Origin: Leptolyngbyaceae cyanobacterium
Lineage (GTDB): Bacteria; Cyanobacteriota; Cyanobacteriia; Phormidesmidales; Phormidesmidaceae
Direction: 5' to 3'
Assembly (NCBI GenBank): GCA_965263355.1
Contig: CBDHHL010000056.1
Span: 480,001 to 544,000 of the forward strand
Length of the DNA: 64,000 bases
The position numbers and the translations under genes were made by a program. The notes under the pieces were generated by a model. That model was not told the origin of the DNA and searched no databases. It saw only the letters and a program-made list of their open reading frames with translations. This document shows positions 1 through 9,616 of the stretch, piece by piece (positions within the stretch are counted from its first letter, which is position 1; the number at the start of each line of letters is the position of its first letter).

Positions 1-101
1 CATTCTTTCAGCGGCGCTTTATTCGTTCTGTTATCGACAAAATACAGATCAACTTGCTTACTTACGATGAAGATAAGGAGACTATTCAGCAATGGCTGTA
101 G
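1..101 (+). CDS. xisH: XisH family protein, 3' end only (runs off window start)
   Basis: Frame from nt 3 reads FFQRRFIRSVIDKIQINLLTYDEDKETIQQWL*, a typical XisH C-terminus; overlaps the xisI start. Confidence 0.85.
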   Translation, partial: FFQRRFIRSVIDKIQINLLTYDEDKETIQQWL

Positions 102-424
102 AACAATATCGTCAATGGGTTCAGGATTTACTTCTGGAAAGGGCCAACCGAAAACCCACTTTTCCTGAAATTGAAACCCAGGCCATTCTGGATACTGAAC
201 GAGATCATTATTTGCTTTTACATACTGGTTGGCGTAATAATCGTCGCACCCATGGCTGCAGTCTTCACCTGGATATCAAAGATGGCAAAATCTGGATCCA
301 GCATGACGGCACTGAAATTGGGATTGCGACCCAGCTCTTAGAACTTGGGATTCCTGCAGATGACATTGTCCTGGGTTTTCAAGCTCCCAACAGACGTCAG
401 TACACCGAATTTGCCGTTAGCTAG
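92..424 (+). CDS. xisI: XisI protein
   Basis: DTERDHYLLLHTGW...HGCSLHLDIKDGKIWIQHDGTE...DIVLGF...RQYTEFAVS XisI signature. Confidence 0.95.
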   Translation: MAVEQYRQWVQDLLLERANRKPTFPEIETQAILDTERDHYLLLHTGWRNNRRTHGCSLHLDIKDGKIWIQHDGTEIGIATQLLELGIPADDIVLGFQAPNRRQYTEFAVS

Positions 425-858
425 AACATTCCAATCGTCCATATCAGCCTATATAACAGGCTACAAAAGTCAATATTTTGCGGTCTATTTTGATAATGAA
501 TGCCATAGTCATAAAAGTTGATGCTTTATGGGTTTATGGCTGCTGATAAACCGTCGGGTCCTGAACGTCGTTGGATAGAGCAGTGAACGGGGCATTAAAG
601 ACGCTGAGGCGCTAGTTAATCAGCTAGATCGGATGGATCAAGCCTTACAATGGCAGCTATCGGGGTTTGATGGCAAATATTTATAGCGGGTGAGTGCCGC
701 CTGTTTGTATAGTGAAACGGAAGGCTACCGCCAGTCAGAGGACATTAAATATCATTAATGGCAGTCCTCTGGTAGGGATATGATAAATAAAATCTGCAGA
801 GCTTTGAGCATGCGGCCAGGCAAGTTGCTTTAAAGGTATCTGATGAGAAGCATAGATA

Positions 859-1071
859 ATGCCATATGAGCCAAAAGCCAACGAAACTAACTACTGGGCA
901 GCATCCGAACGTGACTGTGAAAAGATGGAGCGCAATCAAGGGTGGACGCTAAAAAGAACTGAGAGGCATGGCAAAGGTGGGCCGCTGCCAGTAGACTTTG
1001 TGTTCGAGGGTAACGTAACCCTCCCAAAAGGTTCGATGGACTATTCAGCTGGAGACGACACCAATGGTTAG
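859..1071 (+). CDS. small hypothetical protein
   Basis: 70-aa ORF overlapping the next ORF start by 8 nt (operon-like). Confidence 0.6.
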   Translation: MPYEPKANETNYWAASERDCEKMERNQGWTLKRTERHGKGGPLPVDFVFEGNVTLPKGSMDYSAGDDTNG

Positions 1072-1452
1072 GAAATTGATTCTGTTTTATGCTGACAGTG
1101 GCAATAACTCAAAAGATTACGCAACACTAGTCCGTGATGGTGACACCCAGCAGCTTAGACTGATTGCTCAGCACTATGACTCAAGCAATGGTCCTATCCC
1201 TAACGAAGGCTATCGTCTGTCTGAGTATAAAAAAGGAATCGTTGGCGACAGACCGACGACGACCCATCACCGACCAGGCCCATGGCTAGTTGAAACAGTG
1301 GAAAGCTACCTCCCCGCGATTTACCTGTAGGGACTGAGTTTGTAGAGGTCGTTATCTGCAGTTGTAACTATGTTCCTTTGCCCGACCAAGAAAACCCATG
1401 GATTGAGATGATTCAACGCCAAATGTCAGAGGGACACCTGATCGAAGCATAG
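1064..1452 (+). pseudogene. frameshifted cyanobacterial hypothetical protein
   Basis: ORF stops at 1330. Removing 2 nt near 1316 gives ...ESYLPDLPVGTEFVEVVICSCNYVPLPDQENPW...EA* ending at 1452, a plausible continuation. Confidence 0.6.
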
Positions 1453-1710
1453 AAATGGGGATTATATATCGGTTATTGAACATTATCCAATTGCAACAGT
1501 TCGGCACATTAGTGGTGTTTGGTGGGGAGCCTAGGATAGGCAGGCAGTTTTAGAGTTCGACGTGTATGAATAGATGCTAACACCTGTCTACTCTGTAGTT
1601 TCCTGCTACTGATTTTCTGAGTCGCAATCTACCTATAACGCAAAATACAATGGCTACTTTTCTCGACGATTTAGGATCGTTAATCTGTGGCAAGCGCCCT
1701 TGACATCTGT

Positions 1711-3183
1711 TTAAGCATCATCTTCCTTAGGGAATTCCATAAATAGATACTTGAGCCCTTTCCCCTCAGCCAATTCATCAATTCTAAGGCCTTCGATCAA
1801 CCACTTTTCAGTGTTAAAACTTTCATTGGATTGTTGACAAATCAATAAGTGAACCACAATGCTAGCCCCGTACCAAAATAACCAGCTAAAAATTAATGCA
1901 AATGTGCCAATAGCAGCTAAACCAATAGCTTGGATGATTAACAGATCCGCCCCACCACCAAAGAGAATTCCTGAAGTTTCAGGAACAAATAATTTTAATG
2001 GCTTCCAATTGAGATAAATACTTTCATTGCTAAATAGACCAACTGCGAGTGTACCCCAAACACCACAGGCACAATGCACAGGAACAGCGCTAACTGGATC
2101 GTCAATTCTCGCCTTCTCTAAAATAATTTCGGCAGCAAGTACGATGATCCCGCCAATAAAACCTATCAAAGCTGCGCTTGGAATATCCACGTAGGCACAA
2201 GGAGCTGTAATACTTACACAACCTGCTAAAATCCCGTTGATGATAGAGGCCAAGCTTGGTTTCTGATTCCACAGGAAAGAGAAAAATGTTGCAGCGATAG
2301 AACCGGTAGCCCCTGCAATCATAGTTGCAACAACGATGTGGGAAATTGCGCTTGGATCTGCATTCAGAGTTGAACCAGCATTAAATCCAAACCAACCTAA
2401 CCAAAGAATAAAACAGCCAATTACTGCAAACCCAAAATTAAGTTCATCAGATGGAATCGGATTTGATTTTATTTTTCCATTGTCCAGTTTTTCGAATCGA
2501 CCAAGTCTTGGACCAAGTAACCAAGTACCAACCAAACCACCACATCCACCCACAAAGTGGACAACTGTGGAACCAGCAAAATCCCTAAACCCTAGAAGGT
2601 GCAACCATCCACTTTCAGCCCATACCCAATGCCCTAAAAAGGAATACACCAATGTAAATAGAAGGCTGAATATCACAAAGGTACTAAACCTGACTCGCTC
2701 AGCAACAGCACCAGAAACGATAGTCGCTGCTGTACCCGCAAACATTAGCTGGAAAAAGAAGTGAGCGTTCAGAGGCAACGAACCTACCTTAGGGGGAATA
2801 TTCTGACCTGCTAAGAAAAGGCCTCCCCAGCCTAAATAGCTACCGTCACCAGTAAACATTAATCCGTAGCCCAAGACCCAAAAAACGACCGCAGCTAGAG
2901 AGAATACAATCAAGTTCTTAGCTAATACTACAACTGCATTTTTTTCCCTGCATAATCCTGCTTCGAGCATGGCAAACCCCCCACCCATGAAAAATACGAG
3001 ACAGGCAGACAGGATTACCCAGAGCGTATCTTCTGCTGACAATTCTGGAGAAGATGCCTGAGCTGAAGCTGCAGAACATAGAAATATGATTGAAAAGCCA
3101 ACTAGAAAATAGAACAGCTGTCGCCAACTTCGATTTCGTTTTCCGAGCATGACTAATTTTAGTGTCAACGTTTGAGATGCCAA
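1711..3183 (-). CDS. amt: ammonium transporter (Amt family), copy 1
   Basis: [57 protein letters not shown]; both pore His present. Confidence 0.95.
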   Translation of the reverse strand: MASQTLTLKLVMLGKRNRSWRQLFYFLVGFSIIFLCSAASAQASSPELSAEDTLWVILSACLVFFMGGGFAMLEAGLCREKNAVVVLAKNLIVFSLAAVVFWVLGYGLMFTGDGSYLGWGGLFLAGQNIPPKVGSLPLNAHFFFQLMFAGTAATIVSGAVAERVRFSTFVIFSLLFTLVYSFLGHWVWAESGWLHLLGFRDFAGSTVVHFVGGCGGLVGTWLLGPRLGRFEKLDNGKIKSNPIPSDELNFGFAVIGCFILWLGWFGFNAGSTLNADPSAISHIVVATMIAGATGSIAATFFSFLWNQKPSLASIINGILAGCVSITAPCAYVDIPSAALIGFIGGIIVLAAEIILEKARIDDPVSAVPVHCACGVWGTLAVGLFSNESIYLNWKPLKLFVPETSGILFGGGADLLIIQAIGLAAIGTFALIFSWLFWYGASIVVHLLICQQSNESFNTEKWLIEGLRIDELAEGKGLKYLFMEFPKEDDA

Positions 3184-3643
3184 TAAACTATGTCTTCCAA
3201 AAACATTTACGCATAGCGTTCATATGTCAAACCTATGCCTTTAACTGTAAAGGTCTAGCTCAAAGTAGAGCAATCACAGCAACAACTTACATGACTCAAA
3301 CTTAGAAAAATGTGTGTTAAGTATCAAACTTAATCCAAAAGTTGGATAACTGTACTGATATTGCGTACTAATCTATGATACTGTAACTTAACTGAGCTAA
3401 AGATTAGGCCAATCAAAATCTAAAGTTTTGCGTGAGTAACCTTGCAAATCACTTGTCGAGTCTGCAGATTTGTATAGCAATAATCAAAGGCAATAAAACT
3501 TAATACTGTTTTGCATGCATCACTGCTGCATCGATTCTGTGGTGCATGTCAATTGTGTATATGTTTGTTTATACTAAAGGGGAGGGTAAGTTTTTGGTTT
3601 TGTCAAGCCCTTCTAATTGGTTTGTGTGTGGAGTTCTTAAGAG

Positions 3644-4291
3644 ATGTCGGTTGAGCCTGACAAAGACGATAGTCTTATTGATAACGTCGTAGACCTTGCC
3701 AGCAAAAAAGTTATAGGCGCGGCTGCAAAAGGTATTGAGCAAGCTGTCGATGCTAACATTACGGAAAAGGTTGAGGAAAAGGCTCAGACGACTACAATGT
3801 CAGTCTTTTATAGTCCAAAGCTGCTGGGCTGGTTACTTTTGGTTTTCATAATTGTGGTTGCAGGGTATGCGATAGTTGAGAATAATAGCCGTAGGGGAGG
3901 ACGTATTTCGCAGCAATCAACCAGCGGTTCTGCAGTATCCCCCGCACCATCAAGTAATCCTACTCAAGCTGAAGATCCAGTAGAAGCGAACGAACCCGAT
4001 TCTACTCAGAATGACTCAGATAGGAGCTGTAAGGTTCGGAATGATGATACTGCACACGCAAGTGCTCTGTCTCTAGATGCGACTGATGCTATAAGAGTTA
4101 CTGAATATAAAGGCAAAATAGCGTTCTATCAAAAAGGGTGTAATTTGAAGGCAGAAGTTTTCATCAAGCAGCCAATGATAGATGCAGAAATGGCTAGTCT
4201 TGAGAAAGAAATTACCAATATTGTAATGGATAATCTATCTTCAGATGTGAGTCACAAGGTGAGAATAGATTTTACTTATCCTTTGCAATAA
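3644..4291 (+). CDS. hypothetical single-TM protein
   Basis: 215 aa; one hydrophobic helix (LLGWLLLVFIIVVAGYAIV), a S/P-rich linker and a C-terminal globular part. Confidence 0.7.
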   Translation: MSVEPDKDDSLIDNVVDLASKKVIGAAAKGIEQAVDANITEKVEEKAQTTTMSVFYSPKLLGWLLLVFIIVVAGYAIVENNSRRGGRISQQSTSGSAVSPAPSSNPTQAEDPVEANEPDSTQNDSDRSCKVRNDDTAHASALSLDATDAIRVTEYKGKIAFYQKGCNLKAEVFIKQPMIDAEMASLEKEITNIVMDNLSSDVSHKVRIDFTYPLQ

Positions 4292-4513
4292 TCAAAGCAG
4301 TTGAAAAACTAGAATTGTTGCTAGTAATATTATTAATACATTTAGTATAACCCTATTTGAAAAACAAACAAATGGTCCGTTGACGGTGTTGATGCCCTAA
4401 TCATATTGTCGCCAATGGACGATCCGTTGATTTTTGGTGCAAGTGCCTGAGCAAAAACGATGCTGATTCCGAGCAGATTTGCTGAAATAGAGGTAACCTC
4501 CCTGCAAATCCCT

Positions 4514-5008
4514 ATGACCCTCAGAAAAAGTCAGACTCCACAGAAGGACATTACTGGCAACGCCAATAAATATGAAGCCTATCGTGAAGCCTGGTCGCGG
4601 ATTAAGCTAGCCCAGGAAAATCATTTCTTTCTGGAAGCGATTACAATTCAGGAGAGCATTATCTCTGACCGGCTTATTCGGTTTCTATCATTGCCTGGGT
4701 CTAAGAATCCGTTTGCAAAGAAAAAGAAAAAGAAATACATGAGCTTCTCGGACCTGATCCAGGCCTGGAAGGTAAATTATCCCCACGGATTACCGTCAGG
4801 CGATTACCCAGATCTCACCGCTGCCGTAGATACCTGGCGACGTCAGCGCAATGACGCCATTCATTCCATCGTAAATCCTAAACCAGGGGAAGATACTCAG
4901 CCCATTGATTCCTTTTTGAATCAAGCCAAAGAAACGGCAGAGGAAGGTACGCGGCTTGCCCGTGAGGTCTGTAACTGGTGTCAAAAGGTGAAAAAGTCAA
5001 GCCTATAA
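4514..5008 (+). CDS. hypothetical protein, possible HEPN-like domain
   Basis: Helical protein with EAITIQESIISDRL and RNDAIH (RxxxxH); probable start at ATG 4514 (ORF track gives 4460). Confidence 0.65.
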   Translation: MTLRKSQTPQKDITGNANKYEAYREAWSRIKLAQENHFFLEAITIQESIISDRLIRFLSLPGSKNPFAKKKKKKYMSFSDLIQAWKVNYPHGLPSGDYPDLTAAVDTWRRQRNDAIHSIVNPKPGEDTQPIDSFLNQAKETAEEGTRLAREVCNWCQKVKKSSL

Positions 5009-5029
5009 GGTTTGTCCATGGGTTCCCCT

Positions 5030-5056
5030 GTAGGGGCCTTGCATGCAAGGTCCCTA
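5030..5056. repeat. REP-like GTAG palindrome
   Basis: gtaggggccttgcatgcaaggtcccta, an imperfect palindrome starting GTAG. Confidence 0.6.
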
Positions 5057-5127
5057 ACGAGGTAGAACGACCCCACAGTTAGCTATGATCAAGGAAGGAT
5101 AGATTCCTTGTTCTCTAACAATCATTT

Positions 5128-5267
5128 ATGGCTAAAGATCGCTTCCACAATGTAGTGCGAACAGCCCTCGAAAAAGAGGGTTGGGTGATTACTGATGACC
5201 CGTATGAACTTAATGTTGGGGAAGTCGATTTTGAACACGTCAGTATACCGAATTTGCAATTAGCTAA
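5128..5267 (+). pseudogene. xisH: internally deleted xisH-xisI pair
   Basis: 5128-5235 encodes the XisH N-terminus (MAKDRFHNVVRTALEKEGWVITDDP); 5238-5267 encodes RQYTEFAIS*, the XisI C-terminus. Confidence 0.85.
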
Positions 5268-5275
5268 TTCCCTTA

Positions 5276-5812
5276 TTAAATCGACCGATCATAACCATAT
5301 ATATTCCCATAGGCATCTGAAAGTGAGTCTTTATGCCCCCATCCTTCCGTAGCGTTTTTGACGATCTCGTAAGCTCTGGGTTGAAACTGCTCGGTTAGCT
5401 TATGTTTCTGCATTAAGGCTAGAGCTTTTTCAAACATTTCTTCTGGGCGAGAATAGTATTTTTCACCATCAGGCCCATATTCTGAACAAAACCATGAAAC
5501 GCTCTCCACATAGGTCAGCATAATGTCAATAATGGGTTCTGGATCGTTTGTAAGCTTCTTGAAGTCATTAATCGCTTGACGTGCAACCGAAAATCTTGCC
5601 TTTGGCAATGTGCGTGTATGCTGATCAGCAAATTCTTTTTCGATAATGGCTTTATATTTCGCTAAAAGCTCCCAAATATCACCGCATTGAGCCTTATAGT
5701 ACTCTTTGACTTGAGGAAATGTTTTACAAAGCGTCGCTATTTCTTTAATGAGGTCTTCTTTGCTCTTATGAGACAGCTGTTTTTTCAGGTTTGTAATCGT
5801 AAATTTTTCCAT
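5276..5812 (-). CDS. DUF6155-like hypothetical protein
   Basis: LKKQLSHKSKEDLIKEIATLCKTFPQVKEYY N-terminus and GWGH near the C-terminus. Confidence 0.7.
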   Translation of the reverse strand: MEKFTITNLKKQLSHKSKEDLIKEIATLCKTFPQVKEYYKAQCGDIWELLAKYKAIIEKEFADQHTRTLPKARFSVARQAINDFKKLTNDPEPIIDIMLTYVESVSWFCSEYGPDGEKYYSRPEEMFEKALALMQKHKLTEQFQPRAYEIVKNATEGWGHKDSLSDAYGNIYGYDRSI

Positions 5813-5907
5813 TTTTAACCAGCGGAAAAAACGTTCTCAATTATATGAGCGATAACCTCAGTTTCCATTTTAGATTTAGACAGACTTAATTAAAGGGTAG
5901 GTATTGA

Positions 5908-6066
5908 GGGTATCAACTTAAACAGGAAAATCTCGACTAGGGCTGAATTCGGAAGTCAGAATAAGTCCTCTGGGTGACCTAACGGTACGGAAGTCAGCAG
6001 GGGAGGATATTCCGAATTCCGAACTCTAGATCCCTAGGGAAATCGTCCCGCTTTATGTTAATACCC
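5908..6066. mobile_element. MITE (family A)
   Basis: TIRs gggtatcaacttaaacaggaaaat and (revcomp) gggtattaacataaagcgggacgat; flanks ggtattga/ggtaatgt form a degenerate 8-bp TSD; same ends as 49229-49367. Confidence 0.75.
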
Positions 6067-6099
6067 GGTAATGTTTGGCAGGTTTAGTAAGCACATTAT

Positions 6100-7725
6100 C
6101 TACACGTAAACAAACGTGCTATCTGTCAGTGCCAGCCCTTCTGCCCCCTGGATCACAGCTATCAAATCGCTGCCATTATTTGTTTCTATAAAGAGTCCCT
6201 GACCATCCGCAGTGCCCTCAGGTGCGGCCCCCAGACTATAGCTAAACTGATTATTCAACCGAATTGTGTCACCTTCAGCAACTGTCAGGTCCGTAATCAG
6301 CGCATAGTCTTCTGCCCCGTTTAGGGCGTAGAACGCATGGCGGCGGTTACCCAAAACAAACCGATCAGCGCCTTCATCACCAGTCAGGATATCCATATCG
6401 TTAAGACCTTTGCCGGCACCAAAATAGCCACTACCGACAAGAATATCGTTGTCCAAACCACCGATCAGGATATCAGACCCAAGACTCCCCCACAGACGAT
6501 CATTGCCTGCGCCGCCATCCACAAAGTCATCTCCCTGACGGGCCTTGATCCGGTCATTTCCTGCCAAACCAAGGATGGTGTTGTTTTGCCGATTGCCATT
6601 AATTTTGTTGTTATTGTTGTCACCAACAAAGTCAGGTTCGGGTTCTATAACTCTTTCTGGAGCTGTAGGTGTACCATCGCTAGCCGCAGTGTCAACAGTA
6701 TCTGGCCCCGCTTCTGACACTGGCTCAAAAATAGACTCGTCCACTTCATCTGCTTCAGCCACAGGAGCAGCGCTATCGGGGGTGAGATCGCCACTCCCAA
6801 ACAGCTGAGTCCAGTAACGGTTATAGTTCACGTTCCCGGTGTCATCTTCCAGCTCAAAATAGCCCACACCCAACTCCGTATAGCTGGGATTAAGCATATT
6901 TCGCCGATGACCAGGACTGTCGATCCACCCCTGCACCACCTGTTCTGGTGTCCGCTGACCGGCGGCAATGTTTTCTCCCATCGCTCTAGCGGTGTAGCCT
7001 TCTTGTTCAGCCCGGTCCCAGGGTTTAGACCCATTCAAACCTGTATGGCTAAAGAAATCTCCCTCTGCCATAGCCTGGGAATATTTCTGCGCCGTGGTGG
7101 CCAGTTCCTCATTCATCGTCAAGGGCTCTAAGCCATTTTCAGCCCTAAACTCATTGGTAAGCCGTAACACCGCTTGGGTGAAACTGGCATCGTCCATGGG
7201 GACCGCATCGTCAACCGGCTCCGGGACGGGTGCCGGTGCGGGTTCCGGTGTTGGCTCGGGGGTGGGTGCCGGGGTGGGAACTGGCGTCGCCGGACTGTCA
7301 GGGGTGAGGTCACCACTGCCAAACAGTTGGGTCCAATAATGGTTGTAGTTGACCTGACCGGTGTCATTTTCTAACTCAAAGTAGCCAACACCTAACTCCG
7401 TAAAATTGGCATTGAGCATATTTCGACGATGTCCAGAGCTGTCGATCCACCCTTGAACCACTTGCTCTGGCGTGCTGTAGCCAGCGGCAATGTTTTCTGC
7501 CATTGTTCTGGCTGTGTAGCCCTCATCCTCGGCCCGGTCCCAGGGAGCTGATCCATCTTCGCCAGTGTGGCTAAAGAAATCGTCCTCGGCCATAGTCTGG
7601 GAATACTTTTGAGCTGTGGCGACCAGCTCCTCATTCATGGTGAGGGGGGCTAATCCATTTTGTTGTCTAAAGTCGTTGGTTAAATTTAGTACTTCCTGGG
7701 CAAATTCAGAAAATTGCATAGTCAC
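6100..7725 (-). CDS. protein with two CAP (SCP) domains and RTX-type Ca-binding repeats
   Basis: Two near-identical CAP domains (FFSHTG, ENIAAG, W..S.GHRRNML, YWTQLFG), a Pro-rich linker and GGAGND-type nonapeptides. Confidence 0.9.
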   Translation of the reverse strand: MTMQFSEFAQEVLNLTNDFRQQNGLAPLTMNEELVATAQKYSQTMAEDDFFSHTGEDGSAPWDRAEDEGYTARTMAENIAAGYSTPEQVVQGWIDSSGHRRNMLNANFTELGVGYFELENDTGQVNYNHYWTQLFGSGDLTPDSPATPVPTPAPTPEPTPEPAPAPVPEPVDDAVPMDDASFTQAVLRLTNEFRAENGLEPLTMNEELATTAQKYSQAMAEGDFFSHTGLNGSKPWDRAEQEGYTARAMGENIAAGQRTPEQVVQGWIDSPGHRRNMLNPSYTELGVGYFELEDDTGNVNYNRYWTQLFGSGDLTPDSAAPVAEADEVDESIFEPVSEAGPDTVDTAASDGTPTAPERVIEPEPDFVGDNNNNKINGNRQNNTILGLAGNDRIKARQGDDFVDGGAGNDRLWGSLGSDILIGGLDNDILVGSGYFGAGKGLNDMDILTGDEGADRFVLGNRRHAFYALNGAEDYALITDLTVAEGDTIRLNNQFSYSLGAAPEGTADGQGLFIETNNGSDLIAVIQGAEGLALTDSTFVYV

Positions 7726-8476
7726 AGTATCCTTGTGTAATCAGCACGATCGGTCCCCCCGCCGTTTACGTACGGAGATGTGTTGAAAAACAGGGAATTA
7801 ATATTGTCTTGTGCAGAACAACGCCTAATAATCTCTAGCAATCTGCCAAAGCATTGGCAGACAGGCGCTAGCTGCTGAAACTACAGTAGTTGAAAATCAA
7901 AATTTCAATTGAACATCTCAGTCGCATACTGCAAGTTCAAATACATCTCGCACGGACTTGCGGGTAGGGTATTGCCATTGCTTCTGCATGGATGGCAATG
8001 CGGTAGATTGACCTTATGTCAACAAATGCAAACTTAAAAGATGGCGTGTTGCTACGACCTTTGGCCTATACCGCCAACATAACTGGCACAGTGCGAGTTG
8101 GTTTGGTCTAATTTTTACAGTAACCAAATCCTTGCTTTGATTGAACTATTGATGATCTAGCCAGCATCAGTCGTTAGCCGTCACCATAGCCAGCAAACCT
8201 GTTTAGGTTCGGATTGTAAAGTAACCGTGTTACGGACGGTAGGCAATTTATCTACTGGCCCAGACCGATGCCATTTCTATTTACTTATTTTTCCCACCTA
8301 TCACTACCGCGACATTCTCACCCAAGCATCTCATTATTGATGTGATTGTTCGTGGGTAAGGAAGTGGAGGCTATGTCTACTCCCTATTCAAGTTCAATAT
8401 CGTTTGATCTAAGCATCCGCTGCAAAGCCCAATCTGTGGCAATAGCTACTATTCCCATCGTCAACCTACGCTACAT

Positions 8477-9616
8477 TTGCATGGACTAAGTACAGTTGCC
8501 CTCAACGTGCCCAACCTCACATCCCACGATTTGGATGTTTCGCGGCTTTTGTTTGACCTTAAGCGGTGTGGGGAACTGGTGAGTAGATTTACCGGATGGC
8601 TAGACCCGGATGCGATCGCATCCAGCGTTACCAATGGCTTGATCGAACAATTTGACTGTGCCTTTACCCGTATCTGGCTAGTCGAGCCTGACCGTAGCGC
8701 CCTGCGTCTGGTCGCCTCATCGGGTTTGTACACCAGACTCGATGGTGACTTTGCACGGGTCCCCATGGGAGCGTTCAAAGTGGGCAAAATCGCCCAGCAC
8801 TGTATTCCATTTTTGAGCAACTGCCTACCTGACGAGGACTGGGTCAAGGATCGAGAATGGGCCATTGCCAATAATATTCAGGGATTTGCGGGCTTGCCCC
8901 TGATGACCGAGGACCAGGCCCTGGGGGTACTGGCTATTTTTAGCCATCGTCCCATGGCGGCTGAATTTTTAGAGGTGCTCCAAATTTTGAGCCTGTCGGT
9001 GGCTGGGGCCCTGGCTAGCGCAGTCAATCATCAAAGATTACTCCAAACACCCGATACCGCCCATCTATCTGAACAGATGGCCGCTCTCCTGGGGGGACAA
9101 CGACTCAGTTTACTGGGTACAGAACAGCCATTGGCGCTACCCGTTACTCAACTATTACTCCAGATGGCAAATCGTCTGGTCAAATTGTCATGTCAATATT
9201 GTCGTCTAGTCTACGACACTGACACAGTGGTGCTAGAAGCAATGCTAGCTGCTCAGCAAACGCAACCTTGGGGAGAAACGGCACTGACTAGGATTTTTCA
9301 AGACATCTTAATCACAGGCAAAACATTACAAGGTGAGTTACAAATTCAGACCGGTCCAGATGTGGCCCAGATCCGTCTACAGCTACCGCAACAGGGCCAA
9401 TCTACCCCCTCCCTTGTGGCCTCTCCCCTCTCTGAACGAGAATTGGAAGTGATGCAATTGCTAGCCCGAGGACATCGCGATCGCGATATTGCTGAACAAC
9501 TTTACATCAGTGAGAGAACCGTCAAATTTCACGCTAAAAATTTACTGGGAAAGCTCGGTGTCCGCACTCGCATTCAGGCTATTTTTGAAGCTACCCAGAA
9601 AGGCTGGTTAAGCTAG
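8477..9616 (+). CDS. GAF-domain LuxR-family transcriptional regulator
   Basis: N-terminal GAF ([21 protein letters not shown]) and C-terminal LuxR HTH ([15 protein letters not shown]...ISERTVKFH). Confidence 0.9.
   Translation: MHGLSTVALNVPNLTSHDLDVSRLLFDLKRCGELVSRFTGWLDPDAIASSVTNGLIEQFDCAFTRIWLVEPDRSALRLVASSGLYTRLDGDFARVPMGAFKVGKIAQHCIPFLSNCLPDEDWVKDREWAIANNIQGFAGLPLMTEDQALGVLAIFSHRPMAAEFLEVLQILSLSVAGALASAVNHQRLLQTPDTAHLSEQMAALLGGQRLSLLGTEQPLALPVTQLLLQMANRLVKLSCQYCRLVYDTDTVVLEAMLAAQQTQPWGETALTRIFQDILITGKTLQGELQIQTGPDVAQIRLQLPQQGQSTPSLVASPLSERELEVMQLLARGHRDRDIAEQLYISERTVKFHAKNLLGKLGVRTRIQAIFEATQKGWLS

Noticed and set aside
3300..3400. NtcA box upstream of amt copy 1
   Set aside because: The GTA..TAC pairs are spaced 11 nt rather than 8.
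7200..7295. GC-rich tandem repeats
   Set aside because: Explained by the Pro-rich linker of the CAP protein.
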